The notes beneath the pieces are model-generated. The model saw only the letters and a program-made list of their open reading frames with translations, did not search any database and was not told the DNA's origin. From assembly GCF_030028105.1 (NCBI RefSeq), contig NC_092376.1, positions 186,364,438-186,428,437 on the forward strand: DNA of 64,000 nt, written 5' to 3'. The stretch is from Mobula birostris (taxonomy: Eukaryota). This document shows, piece after piece, positions 13,855 to 27,182 of this stretch (position 1 is its first letter; each line of letters begins with the position of its first letter). The position numbers and the translations under genes are program-made.

Positions 13855-14205
13855 AGGACTTTATTCCTTGGAATGTTGAAGATTGAGAGGAGATTTGATA
13901 GAGGTATACAAATTATGAGGGGTACAGATAGGGTAAATGCAACCGAGTTTCTTCCTGTAGTGGAACTATAATTAGAGGTCATGGGTTAAGGGTGAAAGGT
14001 GAACATGAGGGGAAACTTCTTCACTCAAGGGGTCATGAGATTATGGAACAAGCTGCCAGCACAGGTGTTGCATGCGAGATTGATTTCAACATTGGATAGG
14101 TACATGATGATAGGGGTATGGAGGGCAGGTCAATGAGAATGGTGGATTAGGTGGACTGAAGAGTCTGTTTCTGTGTTGTACTTATCAATGACTCCATGAC
14201 TCTAT
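13855..14205 (+). mobile_element. CR1 3' fragment
   Basis: GLYSLEC..LRGDLIEVYKIMRG...RGHGLRVKG...NFFTQ and a (TGACTC(C/T)A)n tail. Confidence 0.9.
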
Positions 14206-14834
14206 GTGGGTAATCACAGGAATCAGAAAGTTGACCTCTATTTAATGTATCAAGTGCTATCTACTGGAGTCACAGAAAAATACAACATAAAAACAGGCCT
14301 TTTGTCCAATGCATTGATGCTGACCAAGATTCCCATCTAAGCTAGTTCCACTTGGCTATGTATGGTCCATATCCCTACACACCCGGATATGAGAGACAAC
14401 AGCACCAGTCACTGTAACACTATGATGCCACACACTCAGTGAAAGGTTTTCAATGAATAGTTCCTTCTCAAGATAGCCACAACAGTGGCTTAGGAACTTT
14501 GATCTCAATGTATAAATTTTCCCTCCACCATATACAAGAAGTAAAGGTAGTGTCTGCAACATGAATACTCCCCACTCCACCATACAATAGGCTTATTTTC
14601 TGCTCCTCCACACTCCTACAAAGCCATAGGTGCCTTGATATTTTTTTCCCATTCAAGGATTTAGGTTATTTTTCAGAGGTTAATGTATAGGGATTTCAAG
14701 TTCAAGGTTAATTGTCATTCAGCCAAAAATGAATACCCATGAATATGGCACAATGAAACAGTGTTCCTGCCAAACACAATCCCAACAGTTGTACACAGCA
14801 CAAGGCACATATTGCTTGTTCATTATGTGCTGTA

Positions 14835-15175
14835 TAATATGATGTGGGTGATCACAGTCTTTCCATGACCATGATTGTTCATGGGAAATTTTTCTACAGA
14901 AGTGGTTTATCATTGCCATCTTCTGAACAGTGTCTTTACAAAATGGGTGATCTCAGCCTTTATCGATAATCTTCAGAGATTTACTTCCAGGTGTCAGTGG
15001 TCACATAACCTAGACTTGTGATATGCACGAGCTGTTCATACGACCATGGCTTCACGTGATCCTGATTCTGGGAACGGGGGGATACTAAGCATGTACTACA
15101 CTTTGAACCAGGGTGATGTACAAGCTAGTGGAGGGAAGGAGTGCCTTATACCTTCTTTAGTACAGTCGTATTCAA
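14835..15175 (-). mobile_element. RTE-like non-autonomous element (copy 2)
   Basis: Homologous to 9540-9875 and 59700-60292. Confidence 0.7.
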
Positions 15176-16973
15176 CTCAAAGACACATATAGCACATATA
15201 ATTATGTTAGCAGTGAGCATAGAATCACACAAAAAGAAATAATCTAGCCCTAGTTCATGCGTGTCATGTCCTGTAGATCAATAGTGCATGGGATGTTGTC
15301 AGCAAGAGCAAGAGTGCAGCCACTGACAAATGCAATCCAGTTTGTCATCCACCAAGCAAACACTGGCAAGGAGCACCTGTGGAAGGGGCCACTACACCGT
15401 CTCCAGTGTTTCCTCTCCTGGGTGGCTGCAGCAGATCTCCCTTGACGTGAGGGCCTGGTCTGCACAACACAAGCGGCCATACAGCTCCCTCGTCTTCAGT
15501 CCACCAGTGAAACAGTGAACCAGATCCATAGTGTATCAATGTCAAACAGGGTCTTAAGATCACAGGAAAAACATATAAGACTATCACTCTCACCATTTGT
15601 TAGTCCTTGCACCAACTCTGACGCCTTCCTGTACCAGGTGGCAATGTGAGTATGTTTCTAATTTTCTCTATCAATATTTAGTGCATTTTATTGTTTTTCT
15701 GAGGGTTGTTAAGGGGCAAAAAAAAAACTGGGTACTATAAAAAATCCTTGAATTGTACAAACTCTAGTAGTTTTGTTTCCTAACTACTATAACATAAATA
15801 AGACATTACAGCAGGAGTAGACAAACCTCCCAACACAATTTTAGTTTTGCTTTTATCCTCGTATCTCTTGACTGAGCATTACTGTGCACGTGAATTCCAA
15901 AGATTCACAACCCTAAAAGTGAAAACATTTCTCTTGATTTCTAACTTGAAATGGCAGGCCTTTTATTTTGAGGCAATGGTCCTGATTTCTAGGATAGGCA
16001 ACTTTATCTGTTAAGTCCTAGCAATATTTTTTTTATAGTTTCAAATATGGTTGTCTCTCATTCAACCCTCTAATGTCTAGAGAATCTGGGCCATTCTGCT
16101 CAATACATAAAACAAAACATCATCTCACACCCGCATGTGCTGAGAGTTCTGATATAATACCAACCAAATAACTGAAACATTGACCATTCACTGCCCTCCA
16201 AAGGGACTTCTCTCCATACCTGACTGCTGAGTTCCTCCAGTACTCAGTATTTTCCTCTAAATTCAGTCTTTAATTGTACAAATATTTCAGTCTCCTTCCG
16301 GTGCTAAGGTTTTGGTATCTGCTTCTCAAACTCTCTTTCTCTTTTCCAGCTCTTTGAGCAAGATTTTGGTTACTGTTTCCTGTTGTACTCATTTGCCTGA
16401 AAATCAAGGTGGGTAGATGCCACTTGATAGCCCTGTGGGCCAGCCATAGTCTCCATTACTTTGCTGATGATTAAAAGGAGACAAACTTGACGGTAATCTG
16501 CTGGGTTGTATTTCCATTGCTCTTTATGAACAGGGCACATCTAGTAGATACCAGTACTGAAATGGTAATGAAACAGTTTGGCTAGATTAGTGCAGCTAGT
16601 TCAAGACTGCAGATCAGTTCAGGAACAATTAACATCTTCAACAATCAGCTTCCTGAACATCTGTGGATAATTTCTTTCACCTCAATACTGAAATGATCTC
16701 TAAATGCAGCCGATGGACTCACTTTCCAGGGCTCTATGATTCTGGTTCACAGTATTATTTATTACCTCTTTTTGTATTTTACAGTTTGTCTTCTTTTGTA
16801 CATTGGTTGTTTGTGCTTATTTGTAATTTTTTATGAATCTCATTGCATTTCTTTGTTCCACCAATTCAAGCAAGTTTCTACAGAAATACCACGGAGAGCA
16901 TATTAATTGGTTGCATCACCATCTGATATGGCCAGGACACCGCAGAGGAATGGAAAAGCTACTCAGTGTTGTA

Positions 16974-17103
16974 AACACGAGGAAATCTGCAGATGTTGGA
17001 ATCTCAAGCAATACACATAAAAGTTGCTGGTGAACGCAGCAGGCCAGGCAGCATCTCTAGGAAGAGGTACAGTCGACGTTTCGGGCCGAGAACCTTCGCC
17101 AGC
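16974..17103 (-). mobile_element. 130-bp Penelope-derived insertion with 13-bp TSD and hammerhead-like motif
   Basis: ACTCAGTGTTGTA at 16961-16973 and 17104-17116. Minus strand reads CTGGCGAAGGTTCTCGGCCCGAAACGTCGACTG. Confidence 0.85.
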
Positions 17104-17194
17104 ACTCAGTGTTGTAGACTATCATGGGCACTAGCCTTCCCAGCACTGAGGCCATATTCAAAAGGTGATGTCTCAAAATGGCGACATCCATAAT

Positions 17195-17825
17195 CTTCTC
17201 TGTCTCCATTTCTGGAGACAAACTGTCCACCAATATCTTTTATAAATCGACCAATTTCCATGGCTATCTTGACGATACCTCTTTTACCCTGTCTCCTATA
17301 AAAATGCTTTTCCCTTTTTCAGTTCCTTTATTTCGGCTGCATCTGTTCTCTGCATGAGGCTTTCTCTACCAGGACATCAGAGATATCCTCCATCTTCAAA
17401 GAACAGGATTTCCCTTCCTCCACCATAGATGCTGCCCTCACCTGCATCTCCTCAATTTCCTGTCCCTTTTTTTCTATTCCCCAATTTGACCTCTTACCTC
17501 CTCTCACCTGTCTATCAACTCCCCTTGGGTCTCCTTTTCCTTTCTTTTCTCCTATGGTCAATACTCCTTGCCTGTCAAATTCATTCCTCTACAGCCCTTT
17601 ACCTTTCCTACCCACCTGGTTTCAGCTATCAGCTTCCAGCTAGCCACCTTCCCCTCCCCCTGCCACCTTTTATTTTGTCATTTTCACGCTTCTTTTCTGG
17701 TCCTGGAGACGGGTCTCAGTCCAAAACATTGACTGATTATTAATTTCCATAGATGCTGCCTGACCTGCATTCCTCCAGTATTTTGCATATGTTGTGCTGG
17801 ATTTCCAGCATCTGTAGAATTTTTC
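17195..17825 (+). mobile_element. Penelope-like element fragment (RT thumb region plus 3' terminal repeat)
   Basis: Reads approximately SVSISGDKLSTNIFYKSTNFHGYLD...QFL..CICS, then a pyrimidine-rich UTR and the shared GATGCTGCCTGACCTGC terminus. Degenerate TSD ACATCCATAAT / ATGTCCATAAT. Confidence 0.8.
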
Positions 17826-19257
17826 ATGTCCATAATTAAGGACCCTATCATCCAGGACACGCGCTCTTCTCATTGTTACCATCGGGTAGGAGATACAGCA
17901 GCTTGAAGTCATAAAGTTAATGTTTTAGGAACAACTTCTTCCTCACCAACAAATTTTTGAATAGACAGTGAACTAACCCATGAACATTACTTCACTATTT
18001 TTCTTGCTCTCTTATTGGACTTATTTAGCTTTAATATATTTATACCTGCATATAGATGTTTCTCATTATAATTGATAGTATTTTTGTCTATTGACTGTAC
18101 AACAAACTTCACGACATATGCCAATAATATTAAACCTGATTGATTCTGAATCCCTGCAGGAAAATGCATCTAAGAGTAGTATATGATGACATATATGTAT
18201 TTTGATAATAAATGTACTTTGAACCTTTGAACTTTCAGACTTACCACTGAGTTGTAACCTGTTCCGGACGAGATATTAACTGTGAGCCCTCTTCTGGAGC
18301 AGGTAAAAGACCCAATGGCATGACATTGATGAAAGCTGGGAAGTTGTCTACGTATTCATGCTGGATATTTCAGTGTTTGACAGCTGAATCCTGATGAAAT
18401 ATCTTGGCCTGAAATGTCAACTGTTCATTCCTCTCCATGGACGCTGCCTGAACAGCTGAATTTTGTGTGTGTTTCTTTGGATTTCCATCATCAGCACATT
18501 GTCTCGTGTTCATTGCCTGAAAGTTGTTTCTTTTAGAGGTAGTTTGGTGAATCAAGTGTTCTGAAAGTCCTGCATTACATTTTTTTCTCATTTTGCTTTC
18601 CACATGTAGCTGGCAACCTCAGCTAGCATGCAGAATATTATTCATTTTAAAATATTCCCTTTTCTCCATTGACATTTTATGAGCTGCGTCTGATTCATTT
18701 GTATTTAAAATATAGCTCTGACCATGTTTTATTTAGTAGTCATGGTGTGAGAGTTGCAGAATGATAAAGAGTCTAATCAGCCTGAACAAACTGGTCAGGC
18801 ATCCTTCAATGTTGGCTACTCATCTACTCTGAATTCAACATAAAATATTAACAATACCCCGCTGAGTATTCAATAACAAATTAGGCCACTCTTAGCTGTG
18901 ACAAAACATACTAACAAACATGGGATTCCCAGAGATCCTAGATAATAACATCTTTTTCGTTGAGGAATTAGAGTTCACTGCGTGGAACTTGTGAACCCTG
19001 TAACCCCTGGATCTCAGACTCTGGAGCAAATCATCGCCTCATAGGCTCACCTCCAATGCATGGTTATTTGTGAAACAGAAGCTTGCAGCTTCTGCCATGT
19101 ATTTCTTGAATAACTTAATTGATATGCTGTCTTGTATTAAGGAAGATTTGATTGTGGAAATATTGAAGTCTAATATCTGGAAACACAAGAGGTTCTGCAG
19201 ATGCTGGAAATCCAGAATAACGCATACAAAATGCTGGGGAAATTCCAGCGCAGATGT

Positions 19258-19530
19258 CACGGTAGCATAATGGTTAGCGAGACAGCTCGGGGCTTCGGAG
19301 TTCAGAGTACAATTCCAGCATCATCTGCGGGTAGTTTGTACCTCCTCCTTGTGGAATCTGTGAGCTTTCCTCGGGTGCTCCAGCTTCCTCCCATGGCGTA
19401 GGATAATTGGTCATTGTAGATTGTACCATGATTAGGTTAGGGTTAAACGGGGTTGTCAGGGGTTGCTGGGGTGGGGTGGCTCAAAGGCCTGGAAGAACCT
19501 ACAGTGAGCTGTATCACTAAGTAAATAAAC
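19258..19530 (+). mobile_element. V-SINE/HE1-like SINE inserted into a Penelope-derived fragment
   Basis: A-box-like GGTAGCATAATGGTTAGC and a TTTCCTCGGGTGCTCCAGCTTCCTCCCA body. The host repeat resumes at about 19530. Confidence 0.65.
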
Positions 19531-20514
19531 TCAGCTGGTCAGGCAGCATCTATGGAAAGGAATAAACAGTCAACGTTTCAGACCGTTCATCAGGACTCCT
19601 TTCCTTTGATGCTTCCTGACCTATTGAGTTCCTCTAGCATTTAGTAGGTGCTAGTCTAATATTTGTGGCATTTCTTACTACATTCATAAGCCATACCCAT
19701 AACTAATTTCAGCAAAAATTGAGGACCAATTATAACAAAGTCAATTTGTTGCAGAAAAAACATCTGTTTCAATGTCTTTGTAAATGTCTTTGTGAAAAAA
19801 TCTACAGATGCTGGGAGTCTGAAATAAAAACTGATGATGCTGAAAATATTTAGCCGGTCAAGAAACATACATGGAGAAAGAAACCAAATTAATATTTCAG
19901 ATCAGTGACATTCCTTCAGATATAAGGTCACAAACTTGAAACATTAATTCTGTTTTCATCTCCATGATATTCTTGATTTTAAACACTGTCTATTTCTGTT
20001 TATAGATCATAATGTTAACAAAAGTATTTTTAATGCACACAAAACTACAGACATGATATTCTGAAGATGGTGGAAATCCACACACAAAATGCTGGAGGAA
20101 CATAGCAGATCAGGCAACATTTATGGAAATGAATAAATAGTCGTTGATTCGAGCCGACATTCTTCATCAGGACCAAGTACCACCAATCCTAATGAAGGGC
20201 CACCAGTAACTACACTTCCAGTCTCAAACAAAAATAGAAACTGTAGTTAAAACCCAGCAGGGCCTGCAGCACCTGAAGAAAGAAAGAGTCAATTTTTCTG
20301 GCAAGGCGTTGCAGGCCCAAAATGTAGACTATTTCTCCTTCCACACATGTTGGCTAACTGCAGATTTTTTCTCGGCACCTTCTATGTTTGTCTCAGATTT
20401 TTGACAGCTGCAGTTTCTTTTTTGATTTACACTTACAAAGAATAGTGGAATGTTCTGTGTGTGTGAAAAGTACTCCAGATATTTAGTTCTTTCCCACTAT
20501 CCTGAACTCAAAAT

Positions 20515-21090
20515 ATTGATGCAGCTACAAAGAAGACACAAAAGCAGATACGTTTCATTAGGAGTTAGAGGAGATTTTGTATGTTACCAAAGACACTCAC
20601 AGATTTCTACGGATATACCATGGAGAGCATTTAACTGGCTGAATCGCAGCTTGGATTACTGCACAGGATTGAAATAAGCTGCAGGGAATTGTAAACTTAG
20701 TCAGTTCCATCATGGGCACTAGCCTCCCCAGCATCTAAGATGTCTTCAAGGAACGATGCCTCAAAAAGATGGCATCCATCATTAAGGACACCCATACATT
20801 GGTCATACAAGTTCGTACCTTGTTTTCATTACTATCATCAGGAGGTGAAGAAGCCTAAAGACACACACTCAATGATTGAAGACCAGCTTCTTCCCCCTGC
20901 CATTTGGTTTCTGAATGAACATTGAACCCATGACATTACTTCACTACTTCTTAATTTTTATTTTTACAATACTTATTTAATTTAACAATTATATATATAG
21001 ACGTATCTGCATACATTTACAGTAATTTACATATTTTCTACTATTATAATTTCACTCGATATGCCGATGATATTAAACAACTCTGATTCT
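20515..21090 (+). mobile_element. Rex1/Babar-type 3' fragment
   Basis: DFYGYTMESILTG...ASIIKD...PAIWFLN motifs and a CTGATTCT tail. Confidence 0.8.
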
Positions 21091-21234
21091 ATTAATAAAA
21101 GTTTCATTTTATAATAAGACTAAGCACAATCATTGGTCAGTAATATACAAGTTTCTGTGTGTATCTTTCATCCAGCTGGACCATTGGCTCAGCTTGGTTA
21201 CTATCTTTATTTTCTTTCTTCCCTCTGGGATAGT

Positions 21235-21545
21235 CTAAGACAGTGGCCTTAGCCTCAGCATACAAGGACTTCCCCTTAGAACTGAAACGAAGAGTAATTT
21301 TTTTAGGTAGAAGGTCGTGAATCTGTGGAATTCATTACCACAGATGGGTGTAGAGGCCAAGTCATTGGATATATTTAAAGTGGAGATTGACAAGTTCTTG
21401 ATTAGTAAGGATGTCAAAGGTTATGGGGAGAAGGCAGGAGAATTTGGCTGAGAGAGAAAATAAAGCATCCGTGATCGAATGGCGGAGAAGATTCGATGGG
21501 TTGACTGGTCTAATTCGGCTCCTGTGCCTTGTGCTCTTAGAGTCT
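21235..21545 (+). mobile_element. CR1 3' fragment
   Basis: NFF..KVVNLWNSLPQ..VEAKSLDIFKVEIDKFL plus 3'UTR. Confidence 0.85.
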
Positions 21546-21604
21546 TTTAGGTGTAAAGGATATACCCAATCAAGCCTGCATTTCACAACTTCTAGGTTCT
21601 TTTT

Positions 21605-22720
21605 AAAGTTCAAAGTTCACAGTAAATTTATTATCAAAGTACATACTGTATATCTCACCATATACAACCCTGAGATTCATTTTCTTATCTGCATTCTGAG
21701 TAGAAAAAAATATTATAGAATCAGTGAAAAACTACACACAAGCACCAATGATGTGCAAGAAGCCAAAGTGCAAATATGTTTAAAAACAACAAAATAATAA
21801 TAATAAATAAGTAATAAATATTGAGAACATGAAAGGAAGAGTCCTTGAAAGTGAGTCCTTAGGTCATGGGAACAATTCAGTGTAAGTGAAGTTGAGTGAA
21901 GTTATCCCTCTGATTGAAGAGATTGATGTTTGAGAGATAATAACTGTTCTTGAATCTGGTGATATGGGTCCTGAGGATCATATATCTCCTCCTTGATGGC
22001 AGCAGTGAGAAGAGAGCATAGACAATATGAGGGGGATCCTTAATGATGGATAATGCTTTCCTGCAACAGCGCTCCATGGAGGTGTGCTGAATGGTGGGGT
22101 AGGGTGGGGAGTGGGTTAACTACGATGGATAGGACCTTATCCACCAATTCTCGTAGGATTTCTCATTCAAGGGCATTTCTGTTTCCATACCAAGCCACGA
22201 TGCAACCAATCAGTATACTCTCCACTGCATATCTCCAGAAGTTTGTCAAAGTTTCAGATGTCATGGTGAATCTTTGCAACTTCTTAAGGGAGTAGAGGCA
22301 CTGCCGTGCTTTCTGTGCAATTGCATTTACGTGCTGGGCCCAGGAGAGATCCTCTGAAATGATAACACTGAGGAATTAAAAGTTTCTGATCGCCCTCCAC
22401 CTCTGATCCCCCAATGAGGACTGGGTTATGGACCTTTGGTTTCCTGCTCCTGTAGTCCATAATTAACTCCTTGGTCTTGCTGACATTAAGTGAAATGATG
22501 CTGTGGCACTACTCAGCCAGAATTTCAATCACATGAATCACAATCACAAATGCTAATTTGTCACCACTTTTGATTCAGCCAATGATAGTGAAGCCATCAG
22601 CAAACTTAGATATTGGAGCTGTGCTTATCCCCACAGTCAGAAGTATAACGTGAGCAGATCAGGGGGCTAAGCACATAAACTTGTGCTGCACCTGCATTGA
22701 TGGAGATTGTGGAGGAAACA
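21605..22720 (-). mobile_element. Rex1/Babar-type LINE 3' ~1.1 kb
   Basis: ORF 21877..22077 reads RCCRKALSIIKDPPH...LFSLLPSRRRY...TRFKNSY. Upstream QGCVL.PL-like and KFAD motifs; AAGTTCA tail. Confidence 0.85.
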
Positions 22721-23231
22721 TTTGTTTATGTTCTTCTACTTTCCTGCTAATTGCTCCCATTCACTCATTAACTCATTGCTCAGACATCCTTGTTTATGCC
22801 TCATCACTAAATCATAGAAATGTACAGTATTAAAATTGACCCTTACAGCCCATCTTGTCTATGCCAACCATGATGCTAATCACCTTTGCCTGCATTAGTT
22901 CTACACCCTTCTTCTCCTTTCCTATACAAGTACCTGTTCAGTGCCTTTTAATTATTTTAATCATATAAACCTCCACTCACTGCCTCCTCTGGCAATTCAT
23001 TCCAAGCATTCCCCAACTCTGTGTGAAAAGCTTACCCCCGCTCCCCCCCCCCCCCCCGGTCTCCTTTAAATTTCTGTCTTCTCACCTTTCTTTCTAGACA
23101 CCTGAGCTCCAGAAATCTTTAAGCTTCTTTAATATCATTTCCACTACACAATTGTACAGTAGAATGAAATTATTGTTACTCCAGTTCCAATGTAGCACAA
23201 AATAAACATAATATGAAATGTTAAAAAAATT

Positions 23232-23511
23232 TAAAGTCTGTCCCAAGACTTATGGCCCATTAGGCTAGTGCTTATGCCATTTTCTGTGGCGTGAAGCAAC
23301 TGAGAGTATGAGACTCCCCCCCAGATAGGACGCCAGTCTATCGCGAGGTTAACCCCCAGCATTTGCTGGTACCCATTTTCAGCTGGGTGGACTGGAGCAG
23401 TGTGTGGTGAGGTGCCTTGCTCAAAATCACAACATGCTGCATTGGCCGAGACTCGAAACCATGACCTTCAGATCGTGAGCCCAATGCCCTAACCACTTGG
23501 CCATGTGCCAC
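23232..23511 (-). mobile_element. tRNA-derived SINE with a CORE-like body
   Basis: Minus strand: A box TGGCCAAGTGG, B box GTTTCGAGTC, then TTGAGCAAGGCACCTCACC and CCACCCAGCTGAAAATGGGTACC. Confidence 0.8.
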
Positions 23512-24039
23512 TAACAGCTTTTAAATGATGGGGAAAGTGAGTGTAGTTATCCTCTCTTGTTCAAGAGCCTGATGGTTGAGGGGTAGTAACTGTTCATTTG
23601 AGAAGGGCAAGCAGATACCTGGGACAAGAAGTTTTGGAGTTTACTTAGACACCAGAAGAGTAGTTCTTCATTGAAAACATATTTTTCAGTTACAGATGGA
23701 GTGGGAAGAAGATAAATTATTACTTGCCTTGATTTTAGAAACCATAACACTCAATAATTGAGTATATTTTCTGAAAGAAAATGAAGTAAATTTTGGAAAA
23801 AAAAACTTTCCATCCTGTCAATTCAAACACTAACACAAGTCTGAAATGAGATCGCATCTTGGGAATTAAATCTGTCATAATACAAACACCTTCATTTAAT
23901 TAAAACTGCAGCTGGCAGACAGATCTCGTTCATTATGATAGATTGCCATATGAAGTTCTGAATATTATTAACAAACACAAGGGGAGAAACAAGGTAATAA
24001 ATAATAAGATAGTAACAAGAAACTACGGATGCCCCAAAC

Positions 24040-24605
24040 TGTAAGACCCTAAGATACAGGAGCAGAATTAAGCCATTTGACCCATTGAGTCTCAAACACA
24101 AGAAAATCTGAAAATGCTGGAAGTCCAAAGCAATGCACAAAAAAGGCTGGAGGAACTTAGCAGGTCAGGCAGCATCTACGGAAAAGAGTCCTGAAGAAGT
24201 GTCTCACTTCAAAACATCGAAAGTTTACTCTTTTCTATAGATGCTCCTTGGTCTGCTGAGTTCCTCCAGTATTGTGTGTGTGTGGCCCATTGAGTCTGCT
24301 CTGTTATTCCATCATGACTGACTTATTATCCTTCTCAACCTCACTCTCCTGCCTTGTGTCCATAACCTTTGATGCCCTTACGATAGCCTGTCAACCTCCA
24401 CCTTAAATAAACCCAAAGATCGGACTTCCACAGCCATCTGTGACAACAAATTCCACAGATTCACCACCGTCTGGCTAAAGAAATTCCTTTTCATTTCTAT
24501 TTTAAAGGAAGTCTTTCTATTCTAAGGCAGTGCCCTCTAGTCCTAGATTCCCCTGCTACAGGAAACATCCTGTCCACATTCACATCCACTCTATCTGATC
24601 TTTCA
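24040..24605 (-). mobile_element. CR1 3' fragment containing a fold-back Penelope-derived insertion (24093-24285)
   Basis: CR1 tail and RNFFSQTVVNL motif. The insertion is flanked by CCCATTGAGTCT at 24081-24092 and 24286-24297. Confidence 0.85.
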
Positions 24606-25058
24606 AATAGTAGTATTATAACATGGTCACCACAGTGTTTTCAGCTACATGGTGTTATGTTTAGTTAAATTTTGATAATCTGGCATACTTCAGACTTTGG
24701 TAATACTGGACAGGTACATTTTTCTGGATTTTTAGATGTCATTCCTTAAATTCACAACAACTTTTAAATTGGTTTTTAAGCATATTACAGAATATTACAA
24801 TAAAATCTGTAGTAAATTTGGTAAGTTGCAACAGAGTGTTGGCACAGGGAACCCAGTGATTTTTGGACAAGCACAGGACCTGGAGAATCTCAAGTGCAAA
24901 TCCTGGTACGGCCAGGGGGGACCTGGTATTGATGAGGCTCAGGGGAGCCTGAGGCCCAGTGAATCTCAGAGAGGGAAAGAAATCACAAGGACTAGTGAGT
25001 CTTGAAAGAAATTGGTAAATATGACCTAGTATGTTGAACTAGCAAAATATATGACTGA

Positions 25059-25634
25059 CCATCGAGTACCTCTGCTCCATCCGCCACATCAGACAGGATC
25101 TCCCGGTTGCCACCCACTTCAATTCTGCTTTACATTCCCATTCGGGTACGTCCATACATGGCCTCCTCTACTGCCATGATGAGGCTAAACTCAAGTTGGA
25201 GGAGCAACACCTCATATACCGTCTGGGTAGTCTCCAGCCCCTTGGTACGAACATCGAATTCTCCAACTTCCGGTAATTCCCTCCCCCTCCCTTCCCCTAC
25301 CCCAGTTTCACTCTGTCCCCTCCCCCAGCTGCCTATCACCTCACTTATGGTTCCGCCTCCTTCTACTACCCATTGTGTTTTCCCCATTTCCTTCTTCACC
25401 TTTCCTGCCTATCCCCTCCCTGCTTCCCCTCCCCAACCACTTTATCTTTCCCCTTACTGGGTTTTCACCTTGAACCTTCCAGCCTTCTCCTTCCCACCCT
25501 CCCCCCACCTTCCTTATAGGGCCTCTGCCTCTTCCCTCTACAGTCCTGATGAAGGGTTCCAGCCGAAATGTTGACTGATCATTTCCACAGATGCTGCCCG
25601 ACCTGCTGAGTTCCTCCAGCGTGTTGTGAGTGTT
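25059..25634 (+). mobile_element. Penelope-like element 3' end (GIY-YIG endonuclease C-terminus plus terminal repeat), 11-bp TSD
   Basis: Reads QDLPVATHFNS..HSHS..SIHGLLYCHDEAKLKLEEQHLIYRLGSLQPLGTNIEFSNFR*. TATATGACTGA at 25048-25058 and 25635-25645. Confidence 0.9.
25541..25577 (+). ncRNA. Minimal hammerhead ribozyme motif (partly decayed)
   Basis: CAGTC-CTGATGA-AGGGTTCCAGCC-GAAA-TGTT-GACTG: stem I CAGTC/GACTG encloses the conserved core. Confidence 0.6.
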
Positions 25635-27070
25635 TATATGACTGAGTGACTGACTATCAGAGTTTTATTTTACTCCTGTGGACGCAACACAGGAATGTGT
25701 ACTATATAATGATATTCTGTGGTTAATTCATGAGGTTAAAATCTGGGAAATTACTCTCTGAATCATTATGATAAATTATAATAAATTTATGGTAAATAAT
25801 AAACTTCTCAAAACTTATTGCTGAGCTCCAACTTTTACACTAGCCTTGCACCATACCCTTAGAGAGAACATGCAGCTGGAACTTCTTACTACAGATGGTG
25901 CTGCACATTGGCAGGGCCATCCGTAGGTAGAAGGGCAGATAACACCCTAACCCTGCCACAAATTAATTACTTCATTTTTCACAATCTGTTAAGCCACACT
26001 CTTAGGCAGAACCGACTGCTCAAAAAATCAAAAATGTACAAGTATTTCTGAAAATACTTGGTAGTAATATTCAAAAACTTTCAACAATCTTAAAGCATTT
26101 AAACTGTAATTTCACAACAGAAGATTGACTATAGATCAATAAAAATTTAATAGCAACCAAATAATAAATAATCTGTAACAACAAATAATCCATACTGTAT
26201 GTTATAAATAATTTTTAATAATTGATTAATATGTAATATGTAATAGTGAATAACACTGCCTAATAAATAATATTACATTATTAATGAAAATTACATAATA
26301 TTTAACAACCTATAATTTTAAGAAAAGGAAACCTCTGAAAATATTTAAACATCCACAAGAAAGTAAATAAATCTAAATTGAAATTTATTCCTGACATGTC
26401 TTTATCTGCATTGAAATCAGTGGAGAATTGTCCTACAGTGGCTACGGCTCCGGCTCAGTATCAGAGGTCCTAGTTTCTATCTAAGGTTTTACACTGTCCC
26501 TTGGGTAGCTATTTCAATGTATTATCTCTGGAGTGCTGGTCTTGTTCAATCAACATTAAAAGCAGACAACGTGTTCATTAACACATTACTATTTGTGAAG
26601 CTATTCTGACAATGAGATAATTGTCAGCATTATCTAATTGTCTGTCCATAGATGTTGCCTGACCTACTGAGTTCCTCCAATATTTTGCATGTTACTCTAG
26701 CAATTTGGTTTTGTTTTTCTTACAGCAGGAGATATCCTGAAACGGATGTGAAAAACTACAAGGTTTTGTTTTCCTCTCTTTCACAATTACATCCAGAATT
26801 TTCTGTTTTTCACATCCCTTGAACAAAATTGAGTTTGGTGTTATTTATGTATAGGTACCATGGTTAACTTCACTCGTTGTAAGTGGGCTATTAAATATAC
26901 AAGCTATATTTTGAAATAAACCCATACTAACCATCAATGGACACCCAATGAGAGAACTGTCAAATCCAGACATCCCAACTCTCCCGGAAGTTCCGGGAGC
27001 CTCCCGCATATGAATAGTGGCTCCCTGATGCCCGCAAATTATATACAATATCACGGAAATCAATTTTTTT

Positions 27071-27182
27071 GCAAGCGAGAGAGCGAGAGAGAAAGCAAGC
27101 GACGGAACGAGAGAGCGCGCGAGTGAGAGAGAGAGCGCGAGAGCAAGCAAGCGAGAGAGCGAGAGAGAGGGAGAGAAAGCAA
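27071..27182. repeat. (GA)/(GAGC)-rich compound microsatellite
   Basis: Run of GAGAGAGCGAGAGAGAAAGCAAGC-type units. Confidence 0.9.

Larger units (their letters stand above)
16860..18150 (+). mobile_element. Rex1/Babar-type 3' fragment interrupted by two Penelope-derived insertions
   Basis: FYRNTTESILIGCITI.YG ... HALFSLLPSGRRYSSLK motifs resume across the insertions. Tail TAAACCTGATT..TTCTGA. Confidence 0.8.

Noticed and set aside
19051-19176. 126-nt minus-strand exon ILDFNISTIK...NHALE with a GTGAG donor
   Set aside because: The acceptor is supplied by the end of a Penelope repeat and the peptide is unrecognised. Exonisation cannot be excluded but has no support.
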